Counted from the stretch's first letter, positions 30,741 to 40,636 are shown. The stretch: 64,000 bases of DNA from Eubacteriales bacterium (GCA_045612665.1 JAZKZO010000052.1:9839-73838), one strand, 5' to 3'. Translations and numbers: made by a program. Notes: generated from the letters alone by a model not told the origin.

Positions 30741-31811
30741 ATGGAACAGAAGAAATTTAGAAGAATAGGCATTCTTACCTCGGGCGGAGATGCACCTGGT
30801 ATGAGCGCCGCTATAAGAAGCGTTACGCGTTCCGCACTCGCACGTGGCGTTGAGGTTATGGGCGTTATCGGCGGATATGCAGGTCTTATCAATAATAATC
30901 TTAAGCCACTTACAGCAATGGACGTAAGCGGAATCGCATCACACGGCGGTACTGCACTCTACTCTGCTCGTTGCAACGAATTCAAGTACGAGGAAGGTAT
31001 GCAGCAGGCTATCGCTACTTGCAAGGCTAACGACATTGACGGTCTTATTTGCATCGGTGGCGACGGTACGTTCAGAGGTGCTACCGACCTTAGCATCCGT
31101 GGAATTCCTTGCATCGGTATTCCAGGCACCATTGACAACGATATTACCGCAACCGATTACACAATTGGCTACGATACAGCTATGAACACCGCTCTTGAGC
31201 TTTGCGACAAGATTCTTGATACGTCAGAGTCTCATGACCGTTGCGCAGTTGTTGAGGTTATGGGTCGTGATGCAGGCTATATTGCAATCGAAACAGGTAT
31301 TGCACTTGGTGCGGTTGGTGTTGCTCTTATTGAAATGCCTTTTGACAAAGAGGCTCTCTTCGCTAAGATGAAGGCTCTTCGTGCACAAGGTCAGCATAGC
31401 TTTATTGTTATTGTTGCCGAGGGAATGGGCGCTGAGTTTGGCGAAAAGCTTACAAAGGAAATCGAGCAAGAAACAGGTATCGAGTCAAGATTTGCTCGCC
31501 CTGCTCACATTGTTCGCGGTGGTACACCTACCCTTCGCGACCGTTCACTTGCAGCCGTTATGGGCGACAAGGCAGTTGATCTCCTTCTCGCAGGAAAGAG
31601 CGACCTTGTAATTTGCTCAAGAAACGACAAGATTATCGCAACCGACATTAAGTGGGCACTTATCGTTGATAGAATGTTTAAGGGCAAGCTTAAGGATGGC
31701 GACCTTGATAGCTTCACAGCTGAGCAAATTGAGGAAATGAAGGCTCTTTGTGCTGAGCGCCGTGCTTACTTCGAGGATATGTACGACATTATGCTTACCA
31801 TCGGTGGCTAA
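30741..31811 (+). CDS. pfkA: ATP-dependent 6-phosphofructokinase
   Basis: TSGGDAPGM, GGDGT, PGTIDND, EVMGR; promoter TTGATT-N17-TAAAAT at 30678-30706. Confidence 0.92.
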   Translation: MEQKKFRRIGILTSGGDAPGMSAAIRSVTRSALARGVEVMGVIGGYAGLINNNLKPLTAMDVSGIASHGGTALYSARCNEFKYEEGMQQAIATCKANDIDGLICIGGDGTFRGATDLSIRGIPCIGIPGTIDNDITATDYTIGYDTAMNTALELCDKILDTSESHDRCAVVEVMGRDAGYIAIETGIALGAVGVALIEMPFDKEALFAKMKALRAQGQHSFIVIVAEGMGAEFGEKLTKEIEQETGIESRFARPAHIVRGGTPTLRDRSLAAVMGDKAVDLLLAGKSDLVICSRNDKIIATDIKWALIVDRMFKGKLKDGDLDSFTAEQIEEMKALCAERRAYFEDMYDIMLTIGG

Positions 31812-31898
31812 GGTCGAGGAGCCTCGACAGGCAAAATCCGATATTGATACATTCAATTTATCGATTCTCACGAAGCAATTTTCTAAACAGTATAAAAC

Positions 31899-31926
31899 AA
31901 AAAGCTCTGATTTCTCAGAGCTTTTT
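31899..31926. terminator. Bidirectional intrinsic terminator
   Basis: AAAAAGCTCTGA-TTTC-TCAGAGCTTTTT. Confidence 0.8.
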
Positions 31927-31943
31927 TATTTTTGATTTAGGAA

Positions 31944-33776
31944 TTATTTTTCCTCTTCCTCGGACTCCTCGTCTTCGTATTCCTCGTCGTCCTCGTATTC
32001 TTCTTCGGCTTCCTCTTCGGCTTTTCTCTTAGCCTCTTCCTCAGCAAGACGCTTCTTTTCTTCCATCTTTGGCTTGATTACAAGTGAGTAAACACCGATA
32101 GCGGTACATCCACCGACAACCACAACGCAACCAACAACAATGCCGACAATCGCGCCTGTGCCAAGACCGTTTTCAACGATCATAGGAAGAACCTCAGTTT
32201 CTTCCTTATCGCAGTTTACACAGTAATGCGCTCTCATACCGTCGGATTTCTTTGATGCGGGAACAAGAGTGATCCAATCGCCGTAAATGTGCTTAGAAAC
32301 GGTTCTTTGTGCGCCACAGGTGTTACAGTTTATATCGCAAACGTTGTCGTATCTATGGTCGTCAACGGTTCTCTTTTGATGACATTCGTTGCAATCTCCG
32401 TCGCAAGCGTTATCGTAAACGTGGCCCTCAACGTAGTCAGGGTTAGCCTCGTTACACTTGTCGCAGTTCTTGTCGCACTTATTCTTGAACGGATGATCCA
32501 TAAGAGGTTGTCTTACGTATACGCATCCATCATTGTTACAGTGAGTATCACAGTCAGCTGTGTAGGTGTGAGGGATAAGTGTTGGGTCGGAAACGGAGTT
32601 TCTTTCATAGCCACAGTTAGGTGTGTTACAAACCTCGTCGCACTCGGAGTTATAAACGTGAGGTGGTACAAGTCTTTCAAGTGAGCAGAAGTTACAGGTT
32701 GTATCGCAATCACTTGTATATGTGTGGTCTACCCAATTTGGATTATCCTCATAACAGTTAAGACACTCGGGTGTGCAAGCGTATGGGAAGTCGTGCTGTG
32801 CGCCACCAACAGGTGATCTTTGCAAGTTACAGTTGTTACAATGCACATCGCAGTCGGACACGTAAACGTGGTCTCCAACCGTTCTTACGGCATTACATAC
32901 GTTACAGTTGGCATCGCACGCGTTATCGTACTCGTGGTCGCCTGTTTCAAAGAGAGTTCCTGCAGGCGCACTACATTTGCCCTCGCTTCCACGAAGACAG
33001 GTTCTAGCGTGCTTTGTTGGATCATCAGGATGTATTTTGAATGAGCCGTAGTCGTGTCCTGTTGAGTAAATAACGTCGTACTTGGTTGCACCGCATGAGC
33101 ACTTGTAAGTACCCATACCGTTGTTTACGCAGTCAGCAGCTACGTATGGATTTTCGGTTGTGCTAATAGTTGAATCCAAAGCCCAGTCGTGTGTACCGGA
33201 GCCTTCATAGATAAGAACCTCACCAATAGGTGTTTTTCCCCATTGTGAAGAGGATTCAAATATATGTATAACTACTTTTCTAACCTTATAAACATCAACA
33301 GAATTTACCATATAAGGAGCGAAGCCGGCAGGAGTGGTTGTTGTAGTTGTGCTAGAGGTATTAAGCTCGCCACTGTCCCAAACAACCTCATCGGTTGCAG
33401 AAAGGAATTGAACCTTAACTCTTCCAACGGTTATTTGTCCTTGCTGATATGTCCATGGCGTAGGAGCTGGATATCCGTTGTCATCTCCCGTCATATATCC
33501 GTTGATTGCAAGACCAACCGAGGAAACAGGCTTATCCTCAGTGAAAACAAAGGTAAATGAACCGCCACCAGTCCATGTACCGGTCATACCATTTCCGTCA
33601 ACAAGCTTGCTAGTATAAATGTAAGTAGCTTCCGAGCTTGCAATAATGTTAGCATCCTTGGCAATGTTTTTACCGGAAGATGCAACAGAGCAAGCAGCAG
33701 ATGAGTTAATGGCAAAAACAACGGCTGAAACGAGCATTGTTACTACCATTACAAAAAGCAAAATTCTCTTTTTCAT
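31944..33776 (-). CDS. Membrane-anchored surface protein with 9 His/Cys3 repeats
   Basis: Signal peptide, beta-rich N-domain (KLVDGN, discoidin-like by inference), HxYDNACDxxCNxC repeats, C-terminal TM and Glu-rich tail. Confidence 0.85.
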   Translation of the reverse strand: MKKRILLFVMVVTMLVSAVVFAINSSAACSVASSGKNIAKDANIIASSEATYIYTSKLVDGNGMTGTWTGGGSFTFVFTEDKPVSSVGLAINGYMTGDDNGYPAPTPWTYQQGQITVGRVKVQFLSATDEVVWDSGELNTSSTTTTTTPAGFAPYMVNSVDVYKVRKVVIHIFESSSQWGKTPIGEVLIYEGSGTHDWALDSTISTTENPYVAADCVNNGMGTYKCSCGATKYDVIYSTGHDYGSFKIHPDDPTKHARTCLRGSEGKCSAPAGTLFETGDHEYDNACDANCNVCNAVRTVGDHVYVSDCDVHCNNCNLQRSPVGGAQHDFPYACTPECLNCYEDNPNWVDHTYTSDCDTTCNFCSLERLVPPHVYNSECDEVCNTPNCGYERNSVSDPTLIPHTYTADCDTHCNNDGCVYVRQPLMDHPFKNKCDKNCDKCNEANPDYVEGHVYDNACDGDCNECHQKRTVDDHRYDNVCDINCNTCGAQRTVSKHIYGDWITLVPASKKSDGMRAHYCVNCDKEETEVLPMIVENGLGTGAIVGIVVGCVVVVGGCTAIGVYSLVIKPKMEEKKRLAEEEAKRKAEEEAEEEYEDDEEYEDEESEEEEK

Positions 33777-33848
33777 ATCAAATCTCCTTTTAAGATTTAG
33801 TTACTAATTATATTTTAGCACAGGCAAGGTAAATTGTCAATATAAGAG

Positions 33849-33881
33849 AAAAAATCCTTGACACTAGGTCAAGGATTTTTT
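33849..33881 (-). terminator. Intrinsic terminator
   Basis: AAAAAATCCTTGAC-ACTAG-GTCAAGGATTTTTT. Confidence 0.8.
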
Positions 33882-33898
33882 GTTTTATTTAGGTTAGA

Positions 33899-35785
33899 TT
33901 AGATAGCCTTCTTTTTGAAGATGAACCACCAAGCAGCGAATCCGCCACCGCCAACTACGGCAACTGAACCGATTACGATGCCGGCAATAGCACCACCGCC
34001 AAGACCTGTCTTTTCGCCTGAGTCATTCTTATAGCCACAAATTGAGCATGTGTAAACCTTTGTGCCCGCTTCGCTCTCCTCGAATTCCTCACCGTAAACG
34101 TGGTCTGCTACTGTTCTTTCAGCTGAGCATACGTTACATGTCTTGTCGCAATCATTATCATATGCATGTGCAGCTGGTGTTCTTGCAGCGCTACATACGT
34201 TACATGTTGCATCACAAGCGTTATCGTAAACGTGGTCGGCAGGTGTTCTTGTTACTGTGCAGTTGTTACATGTGCCATCACAAGCGTTGTCATATACGTG
34301 CGCAACTGCTGTTCTTGTCATACCACAGGTGTTACAGCCTGTATCATCGCAATTGTCATAGATGTGAGCAACTGCTGTTCTTGTAAATTCACACTCGTTA
34401 CATACTGTGTCATCACAGTTGTCCCAAACGTGGCCCTCTTCGTAGTCAGGATTTGCCGCGCCACAAGCGTTACACTCGTTATCGCAAGCGTTGTCCCAAG
34501 TATGACCTGGAGCCGTTCTTGTTGCGCCACACTTGATTGTGCCGTCTGCATTTTGAGAATTACACTCTGTATCTTCACAGTCTGTGTAAACGTGCTCTGT
34601 TTCTCTTGCTGTCATACACATATTGCACTGTGAATCACAAGCGTGATCGTATGTATGAGCTACTGTTGTTTCTCTTGCTTCACCACAGCTATTGCAAGCC
34701 TCTTGGCAATCAGCAAGATAGAAGTGAGCTGTTGAGGACTCTCTTGCTTTTGAACATTTGTTACAAGCAAGATCGCATTCGGATGAATATGAGTGTGTAC
34801 CATAGTCAAGCTTTTCGTTACAGCCTGTATTAGCGCATCCCTGGTAGCACTTTTCAGGAATAGCTGCTGCTGTTTCATCAACGCCCTCGGTTGCAGGATC
34901 ATCTTCTACTGCAGGAACAGCTGGTTCTACCGTCCATTGACCATTGCCTTTATGTCCCAAAGCAGGAATTGTAGCATTTGCAAGTGTAGCACCACAATTA
35001 CAGGTGTAGCCACCAACGCCCTCAGTTGTACATGTAGGAGCTGTGATTATAGCATTTTCATTAACAGTCCAATTGTGGAATACTTGAGTTGACCAAACCT
35101 CAACTTCCCAAAGGACTTTATTAATCGACCATGTGCTATTTCTACCATATTCAACTGTCATTTTTGTTATATTAACATCACCAAGTTCAACGGTGAGAAC
35201 AGGAGTAGACTTGTTAACAGTATGCTCCAAAACCTCTCCATACTGAACCTCGGAACTAGTAGTTTCATCCCATGTATAAATTGTCAATTTAATAACAAAG
35301 CTAGTAGGATTGTCCCAAGAATCATTTCCGTCCAAGTTTGTATGTGTAGGTGTATATGTAGCACCACTAGAGTTTGTGCCCTGTCCATAGTTGTCAACTA
35401 CAAAAACGATTTTATCAACAGAGTTCGCCTCATCAAATTTCATTGTGAAGGTCTGCCAAGGACCACCTGATGGCGAAAGAACTCCATAGTGCCAGTCACC
35501 ATCTGTCAATCTGTTGATTGGCTCTATACCACCCATAAAATGCCAGTGACCATTAGCGACATCAACAATCTTTGCACTTGGTGCAATATTCAAATACTGT
35601 TGTCCCTGACATTCTGTGATTTCAGCGTCAGATCTCAAGCCGGCTTCAGTGCCTGTACAAGCAGGGCAACTACAAACAAATCCTTCAGGCTCGTCTCCGC
35701 CTTCTTCTTCAGCATGAGCTACGCTTACAAGGCTTGTGAAGATCATAGCAAATGCCAATACAAATAGTAAAATTTTCTTTTTCAT
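33899..35785 (-). CDS. Membrane-anchored surface protein with 10 His/Cys3 repeats (paralog of 31944-33776)
   Basis: Signal peptide, NIAPSA..RLTDGD beta domain, APTCT..YTCNCG..ALGH module, repeats, TM ending WWFIFKKKAI. Confidence 0.85.
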   Translation of the reverse strand: MKKKILLFVLAFAMIFTSLVSVAHAEEEGGDEPEGFVCSCPACTGTEAGLRSDAEITECQGQQYLNIAPSAKIVDVANGHWHFMGGIEPINRLTDGDWHYGVLSPSGGPWQTFTMKFDEANSVDKIVFVVDNYGQGTNSSGATYTPTHTNLDGNDSWDNPTSFVIKLTIYTWDETTSSEVQYGEVLEHTVNKSTPVLTVELGDVNITKMTVEYGRNSTWSINKVLWEVEVWSTQVFHNWTVNENAIITAPTCTTEGVGGYTCNCGATLANATIPALGHKGNGQWTVEPAVPAVEDDPATEGVDETAAAIPEKCYQGCANTGCNEKLDYGTHSYSSECDLACNKCSKARESSTAHFYLADCQEACNSCGEARETTVAHTYDHACDSQCNMCMTARETEHVYTDCEDTECNSQNADGTIKCGATRTAPGHTWDNACDNECNACGAANPDYEEGHVWDNCDDTVCNECEFTRTAVAHIYDNCDDTGCNTCGMTRTAVAHVYDNACDGTCNNCTVTRTPADHVYDNACDATCNVCSAARTPAAHAYDNDCDKTCNVCSAERTVADHVYGEEFEESEAGTKVYTCSICGYKNDSGEKTGLGGGAIAGIVIGSVAVVGGGGFAAWWFIFKKKAI

Positions 35786-35930
35786 AATTTTGCTTTTTCT
35801 CCTTTTCTATGAAATTTTACTACTTATATTATACTACTTGTAAGCTTTTGTTGTCAATTCGCAGTTTAGCCGAAAAAGCCCCTTTATTTTTGTGCAATGT
35901 GCATAATAACTATTGCCCCCCCCCCTATTT

Positions 35931-36258
35931 TTGTGCTTTATACACAAAAATATCCAACTCGACTTGTCAGAGTTGGCATGGCATCACCGCAGGTGTATGT
36001 AATCAATGCGTTACATTGTATGTTACCCCTTGTCGAGTTGATTCCATGCCGTTTGCACGGATTACATTCACGCTTTGCGTGATTACATACAAGCGAGAGC
36101 GCTTGATTTGTTGGAACTCGCTTTGTACTTTATGTACAAAAAATCCAACTCGACTTGTCAGAGTTGGCATGGCATCACCGCAGGTGTATGTAATCAATGC
36201 TTTACATTGTATGTTATCCCTTGTTGAGTTGATTCCATACCGCTTGCACGGATTACAT
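35931..36258. repeat. Non-coding tandem duplication (period 191 bp) built from 10-nt repeats and palindromic spacers
   Basis: ATCCAACTCGACTTGTCAGAGTTGGCATGGCATCACCGCAGGTGTATGTAATCAATGC at 35952 and 36143. Confidence 0.9.
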
Positions 36259-36300
36259 GCAATCACTTGATTTTTGCCTTTCTTGCAACCTACGGTTAAC

Positions 36301-36329
36301 AAAAAATCTCGGCATTTGCCGAGATTTTT
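36301..36329 (-). terminator. Intrinsic terminator of the Fic gene
   Basis: AAAAATCTCGGCA-TT-TGCCGAGATTTTT. Confidence 0.8.
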
Positions 36330-37375
36330 CATTTAATTCTATAATAGCAAACGTTCTTGCCCTTGCCTTCTCTTTTTAACTCACCATCGGCAACCAACCT
36401 TCTCAAAGCGCCCTCTATTGAGCTTATGCTAAGTGATGGGCACAGCTCTCTTATATCTTGCTTTGAAAATCTGCCTATTTTTTCTTTTGTTGCCATTTTT
36501 ACAGTTTCATAGCTAGGCATTTTCGTTTCCACAAGTGCAAATCTACTCTCTAAGTCCTTATATGCCGAAAGTATCGTTCCAAGCAAATACTTGACGAACG
36601 GGATCGCATCCTCTTCCCCCTCGTGCCATCCATCTTGCGCCTCTTTTAACGTGCTATAATACAAGTCCTTGTTCTTCGCTATTTTTGCCTCAAGAGATAT
36701 ATATCTACCTATGCAAAAGCCACTTTTATACAATAGCAAAGTGGTAAGCAATCGGCTCATTCTACCATTACCGTCATTAAACGGATGAATGCAAAGAAAA
36801 TCGTGAATAAATATAGGTATTGCAATCAATGGCTCTAGAGAATTATTGCCTATCACACGATTAAATTCCTCACATACTCTCTCCAAAGCAATCGGTGTTT
36901 CGAATGGGTCGAGTGGTGTAAAAATAGTCCTTGTTACACCGTCGGCATAGGTTGCGCTAATATAATTTTGCACAGCCTTGGTCTTTCCTGCACTTGGATT
37001 ATTCATATGATTATAGAGTATTTTATGAAGCTGCAAAATATAATTTGGCGTAACAGGGATTGCATCAAAGCTCTCATGAATGATGTTTAACACATCACGA
37101 TATCCTGCAATTTCCTGTTCATTTCTATTTTTGGGTGTTGTTTTATCCTCTACAAGCTGTCTTACTCTCGTATTGGTTGTCATAATTCCCTCTATGGCGT
37201 TAGAGCTTTCCGTGCTTTGCACCTTTGCGATTTCAACTAGCTTTTCCAGCTCGTTCGGTCTGCTCTTAACATACATTTCTTGTTTGCCCGATGCCTTATA
37301 AATTGCGCTTATCAAGCCGAGAAGCTCTGAGTCCCATTTTTGCTCGCTTATTTTCGAATAATTAAATGTTCTCAT
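36329..37375 (-). CDS. Fic family AMPylase (class II) with probable C-terminal wHTH
   Basis: HPFNDGNGRMSR active motif; N-terminal SSNAIEG inhibitory motif. Confidence 0.92.
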   Translation of the reverse strand: MRTFNYSKISEQKWDSELLGLISAIYKASGKQEMYVKSRPNELEKLVEIAKVQSTESSNAIEGIMTTNTRVRQLVEDKTTPKNRNEQEIAGYRDVLNIIHESFDAIPVTPNYILQLHKILYNHMNNPSAGKTKAVQNYISATYADGVTRTIFTPLDPFETPIALERVCEEFNRVIGNNSLEPLIAIPIFIHDFLCIHPFNDGNGRMSRLLTTLLLYKSGFCIGRYISLEAKIAKNKDLYYSTLKEAQDGWHEGEEDAIPFVKYLLGTILSAYKDLESRFALVETKMPSYETVKMATKEKIGRFSKQDIRELCPSLSISSIEGALRRLVADGELKREGKGKNVCYYRIK

Positions 37376-37394
37376 TTCCTTAAGCTCACCTTCT

Positions 37395-37478
37395 TTCCCT
37401 TAAATAGTATCACATTTTAAGGTATTTGTCAATATATCAAAGGAAAATTCCCTTAATATTATATTCAAATTAAGGGAA
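37395..37478. promoter_or_regulatory. Fic promoter with two inverted-repeat operators
   Basis: Minus TTGACA-N17-TACTAT (37432-37404); TTCCCTTAA-N13-TTAAGGKAW at 37395-37425 and 37448-37478. Confidence 0.65.
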
Positions 37479-37504
37479 ATTCATTCATTTAATGTTATAA
37501 AAAA

Positions 37505-37536
37505 CAAAAAACGAGGAATTTACATTCCCCGTTTTT
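37505..37536 (-). terminator. Terminator of the ribosomal superoperon
   Basis: CAAAAAACGAGGAAT-TTAC-ATTCCCCGTTTTTG after rplQ. Confidence 0.7.
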
Positions 37537-37547
37537 GTTGTTTTTAA

Positions 37548-37892
37548 TTAGTCAACAAGCTTAATGAGAGCCATTTCAGCGGCATCACCGCGTCTTGGAC
37601 CGAGCTTGTAAACCTGTGTGTATCCACCGTTGCGAGCTGCATACTTTGGTGCAATCTCGTCGAAGAGCTTCTTAACTACAGTCTCTTTTGTGATATAGCC
37701 AAGTGCTTCACGGCGTGCAGCAAGGCTTCCGTCCTTGCCAAGTGTTATCATTTTATCGGCAACTGCGCTGAGTTCCTTTGCTCTTGCGTAGGTTGTTTCA
37801 ATCTTGCCGTTTTCGAGGAGCAAGGTTACCATTCCGCGGAGCATAGCAATTCTGTGAGCAGTAGGTCTGCCGAGCTTTCTATTTCCTGCCAT
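37548..37892 (-). CDS. rplQ: 50S ribosomal protein L17
   Basis: [25 protein letters not shown]. Confidence 0.97.
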   Translation of the reverse strand: MAGNRKLGRPTAHRIAMLRGMVTLLLENGKIETTYARAKELSAVADKMITLGKDGSLAARREALGYITKETVVKKLFDEIAPKYAARNGGYTQVYKLGPRRGDAAEMALIKLVD

Positions 37893-37931
37893 TGTTTATT
37901 CTCCTTTGCAGAGTTTTCTTTGGAAAAAGAA

Positions 37932-38900
37932 TTACTCCTCTTCCTTTCTGAGTTCAAGCCCGAGTGATGCGAGCTTAGCTATTACTTCCTCGAGGGATTT
38001 CTTTCCGAGGTTCTTAACCTTAATCATGTCCTCTTCGGTACGGTTGATAAGGTCTTCTACATTGTCAATGCCTGCACGCTTCAAGCAGTTGAAGCTTCTT
38101 ACAGACAAGTCAAGTTCCTCAATGGTCATCTCAAGTACCTTTTCCTTGATGGTCTCTTGTCTTTCAACCATTGTTTCAGTTCCTCTTGCCTCATCAGAGA
38201 GATCTACGAGCAAGCTGAAATGATCGTTGAGAACCTTGGCTGCGAGCGATATTGCCTCTGTTGCGCTGATTGTGCCGTTTGTCTCTACGTCAACAGTAAG
38301 CTTATCGTAGTCAGCGATGCTTCCTACACGAGTATTTTCAACTGAGTAGCTTACGTTGTAAACAGGTGTATAAATTGAGTCTACGAAAATTGTTCCGATT
38401 GGAATAATTGCCTGGCTCTTTATATGGTCTGTCTTATTCTTTTCCTGTGATACATATCCACGTCCACGCTCGAAGGTAAGCTCCATATAGAAGTGTGTAC
38501 CCTCTGCTACGGTTGCGATATGAAGGTCAGGATTGAAGATTTCGAGGTCGGCATCATGTTTAATGTCACCGGCAGTAACCTCACAAGGACCTGTTACGTC
38601 GATAAACGCGGTCTTTGTTACGTCTCCGTAGATCTTTGGGATAATTCCCTTAACGTTAAGAACTATCTCAGTTACGTCCTCGGTTACACCCTCAACGGTT
38701 GAAATCTCGTGAAGAGCGCCGTTGATTTTGATGCTAGATACTGCGTATCCAGGAAGAGAGCTAAGGAGCACTCTTCTAAGTGAGTTACCGAGAGTTGTAC
38801 CGAAGCCTCTTTCAAGAGGTTCGATTACGAATCTACCCTTACTACCGTTATCGCTTTCACCCATTATAGTAATATTAGGCTTTTCGATTTCTATCATCAT
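37932..38900 (-). CDS. rpoA: RNA polymerase alpha subunit
   Basis: [38 protein letters not shown]. Confidence 0.98.
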   Translation of the reverse strand: MMIEIEKPNITIMGESDNGSKGRFVIEPLERGFGTTLGNSLRRVLLSSLPGYAVSSIKINGALHEISTVEGVTEDVTEIVLNVKGIIPKIYGDVTKTAFIDVTGPCEVTAGDIKHDADLEIFNPDLHIATVAEGTHFYMELTFERGRGYVSQEKNKTDHIKSQAIIPIGTIFVDSIYTPVYNVSYSVENTRVGSIADYDKLTVDVETNGTISATEAISLAAKVLNDHFSLLVDLSDEARGTETMVERQETIKEKVLEMTIEELDLSVRSFNCLKRAGIDNVEDLINRTEEDMIKVKNLGKKSLEEVIAKLASLGLELRKEEE

Positions 38901-39044
38901 AATAAATAATCCTCCTTGTATTAACGTATGTTTTGTTTTTTCTCAATCTTGAGGAATTGTTACATAGCTTTTATCAGACTGTACCTGCACTCTAGGTGCA
39001 CTCTCCACACGAGGTGGAGTAGTACAGTAGACAAAGAGCGATTA

Positions 39045-39662
39045 TTATTTTGAGTAAAGTTCGATGATGAGCTGTTCGTTGATTTCGAAGTCGACATCGT
39101 CACGCTCAGGCATTGCGATAACCTTTGCGCTACCGTTCTTATCGAGCTCGAGCCACTTTGGAGCTACAACATCAGCCATTGCTTCAACAAGAGCCTTAAT
39201 CTTTGGTGATTCGGTTTCCTTAACTGCGATTACGTCGCCAACCTTTACAAGGATTGAAGGGATGTTAGCCTTGTGGCCGTTAAGAGTAAAGTGGCCATGA
39301 AGCACGAGCTGACGAGCTTCCTTATGGCTTGTTGCGAGACCCATTCTGAAAACTACGTTGTCAAGTCTTCTTTCAAGAAGTCTGAGGAGGTTTTCACCTG
39401 CGATGCCTTCCTGATTATCTGCCTTCTTGTAGTAGTTCAAGAACTGCTTCTCGAGAACGCCATAGTATCTCTTAGCCTTCTGCTTTTCTCTCAACTGAGT
39501 ACCATACTCAGTGAGCTTCTTCTTAGCTGCTCCGTGCTGACCTGGAGCAGATTTTCTTCTATCCAAAGCACACATGCCGGAGGTGCAACGCTCACCCTTA
39601 AGGTAAAGCTTTTGTCCTTCTCTACGGCAAAGCTTGCATGAAGGTCCTGTATATCTTGCCAT
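39045..39662 (-). CDS. rpsD: 30S ribosomal protein S4
   Basis: [27 protein letters not shown]. Confidence 0.98.
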   Translation of the reverse strand: MARYTGPSCKLCRREGQKLYLKGERCTSGMCALDRRKSAPGQHGAAKKKLTEYGTQLREKQKAKRYYGVLEKQFLNYYKKADNQEGIAGENLLRLLERRLDNVVFRMGLATSHKEARQLVLHGHFTLNGHKANIPSILVKVGDVIAVKETESPKIKALVEAMADVVAPKWLELDKNGSAKVIAMPERDDVDFEINEQLIIELYSK

Positions 39663-39683
39663 TTGTTCGTTCCTCCTATAAAA

Positions 39684-40076
39684 TTAAACGCGTCTGCGCT
39701 TTGGTGGTCTGCAACCGTTGTGAGGGATAGGAGTTACATCCTTAATCATTGTAACGGTAAGGCCTGCAGTTGAAAGTGCACGAATTGCTGACTCTCTTCC
39801 TTGACCTGGGCCCTTTACATAAACCTCAACAGTCTTCATACCGTGTTCCATTGCTGCCTTTGCTGCTGCTTCAGCTGCCATTTGTGCAGCGAATGGAGTT
39901 GACTTTCTTGAACCCTTGAAGCCGAGCTCACCAGCAGATGCCCATGATACAGCATTGCCGTTTACGTCGGTGATGGTTACTATTGTGTTATTAAATGTAG
40001 AGCTGATATGCGCTGCACCCTTTTCGATGTTCTTGCGCTCACGGCGTCTTCTAACAACTTTTTTATCGTTTGCCAT
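39684..40076 (-). CDS. rpsK: 30S ribosomal protein S11
   Basis: [27 protein letters not shown]. Confidence 0.98.
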   Translation of the reverse strand: MANDKKVVRRRRERKNIEKGAAHISSTFNNTIVTITDVNGNAVSWASAGELGFKGSRKSTPFAAQMAAEAAAKAAMEHGMKTVEVYVKGPGQGRESAIRALSTAGLTVTMIKDVTPIPHNGCRPPKRRRV

Positions 40077-40088
40077 TTGCTACACTCC

Positions 40089-40457
40089 TTATTTCTTCTT
40101 GTTAGCTATCGTCTTTGCAGGACCTTTTCTGGTTCTTGCATTTGTCTTTGTTCTTTGTCCTCTTACAGGAAGACCTTTTCTGTGTCTGGTTCCACGATAG
40201 CAGTTAATTTCTACCAGACGCTTGATGTTGAGTGCTACTTCTCTTCTGAGCTCACCCTCAACGTGGTAATTTGTTTCGATTTCCTCACGAAGCTTCGCGA
40301 TTTCATCTTCTGTCAAATCTTTTGCGCGCTTGTCAGGATCGATTTCTGTCTTAGCGAGAATGTCCTGTGCGCTCTTAAGTCCGATACCGTAAATGTATGT
40401 CAAAGCAATTTCAACACGCTTTGCGTTCGGAATATCAACACCAGCTATACGAGCCAT
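40089..40457 (-). CDS. rpsM: 30S ribosomal protein S13
   Basis: [28 protein letters not shown]. Confidence 0.98.
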   Translation of the reverse strand: MARIAGVDIPNAKRVEIALTYIYGIGLKSAQDILAKTEIDPDKRAKDLTEDEIAKLREEIETNYHVEGELRREVALNIKRLVEINCYRGTRHRKGLPVRGQRTKTNARTRKGPAKTIANKKK

Positions 40458-40506
40458 TTGTTTTTCACCTCATTAAATATTGGTTTGAATATTGGTTTGG
40501 TTTGAA

Positions 40507-40620
40507 TTAGCCCTGTCTCTGTTTGTGCTTAGGATTTTCGCAGATAACCATAACGGTACCTTTTCTCTTAATAATCTTGCACTTATCACAGATTTTCTTT
40601 ACGGAAGGCTTTACTTTCAT
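40507..40620 (-). CDS. rpmJ: 50S ribosomal protein L36, zinc type
   Basis: [25 protein letters not shown]; start at ATG 40620. Confidence 0.97.
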   Translation of the reverse strand: MKVKPSVKKICDKCKIIKRKGTVMVICENPKHKQRQG

Positions 40621-40636
40621 TATGAAACCACCTTTC

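Noticed and set aside
31944-35785. Multiheme c-type cytochromes
   Set aside because: The His lies about 8-9 residues after CxxC rather than adjacent; only one incidental CNECH occurs and no maturation genes are present.
35931-36270. CRISPR array
   Set aside because: Repeats are only 10 nt and occur in both orientations, spacers are 9-14 nt palindromes, and there are no cas genes.
35809-36332. ORF-track ORFs 35809-36270, 35897-36082 and 36003-36332
   Set aside because: They overlay the non-coding repeat and a promoter, lack clear RBSs, and their repeated peptides just mirror the DNA duplication.
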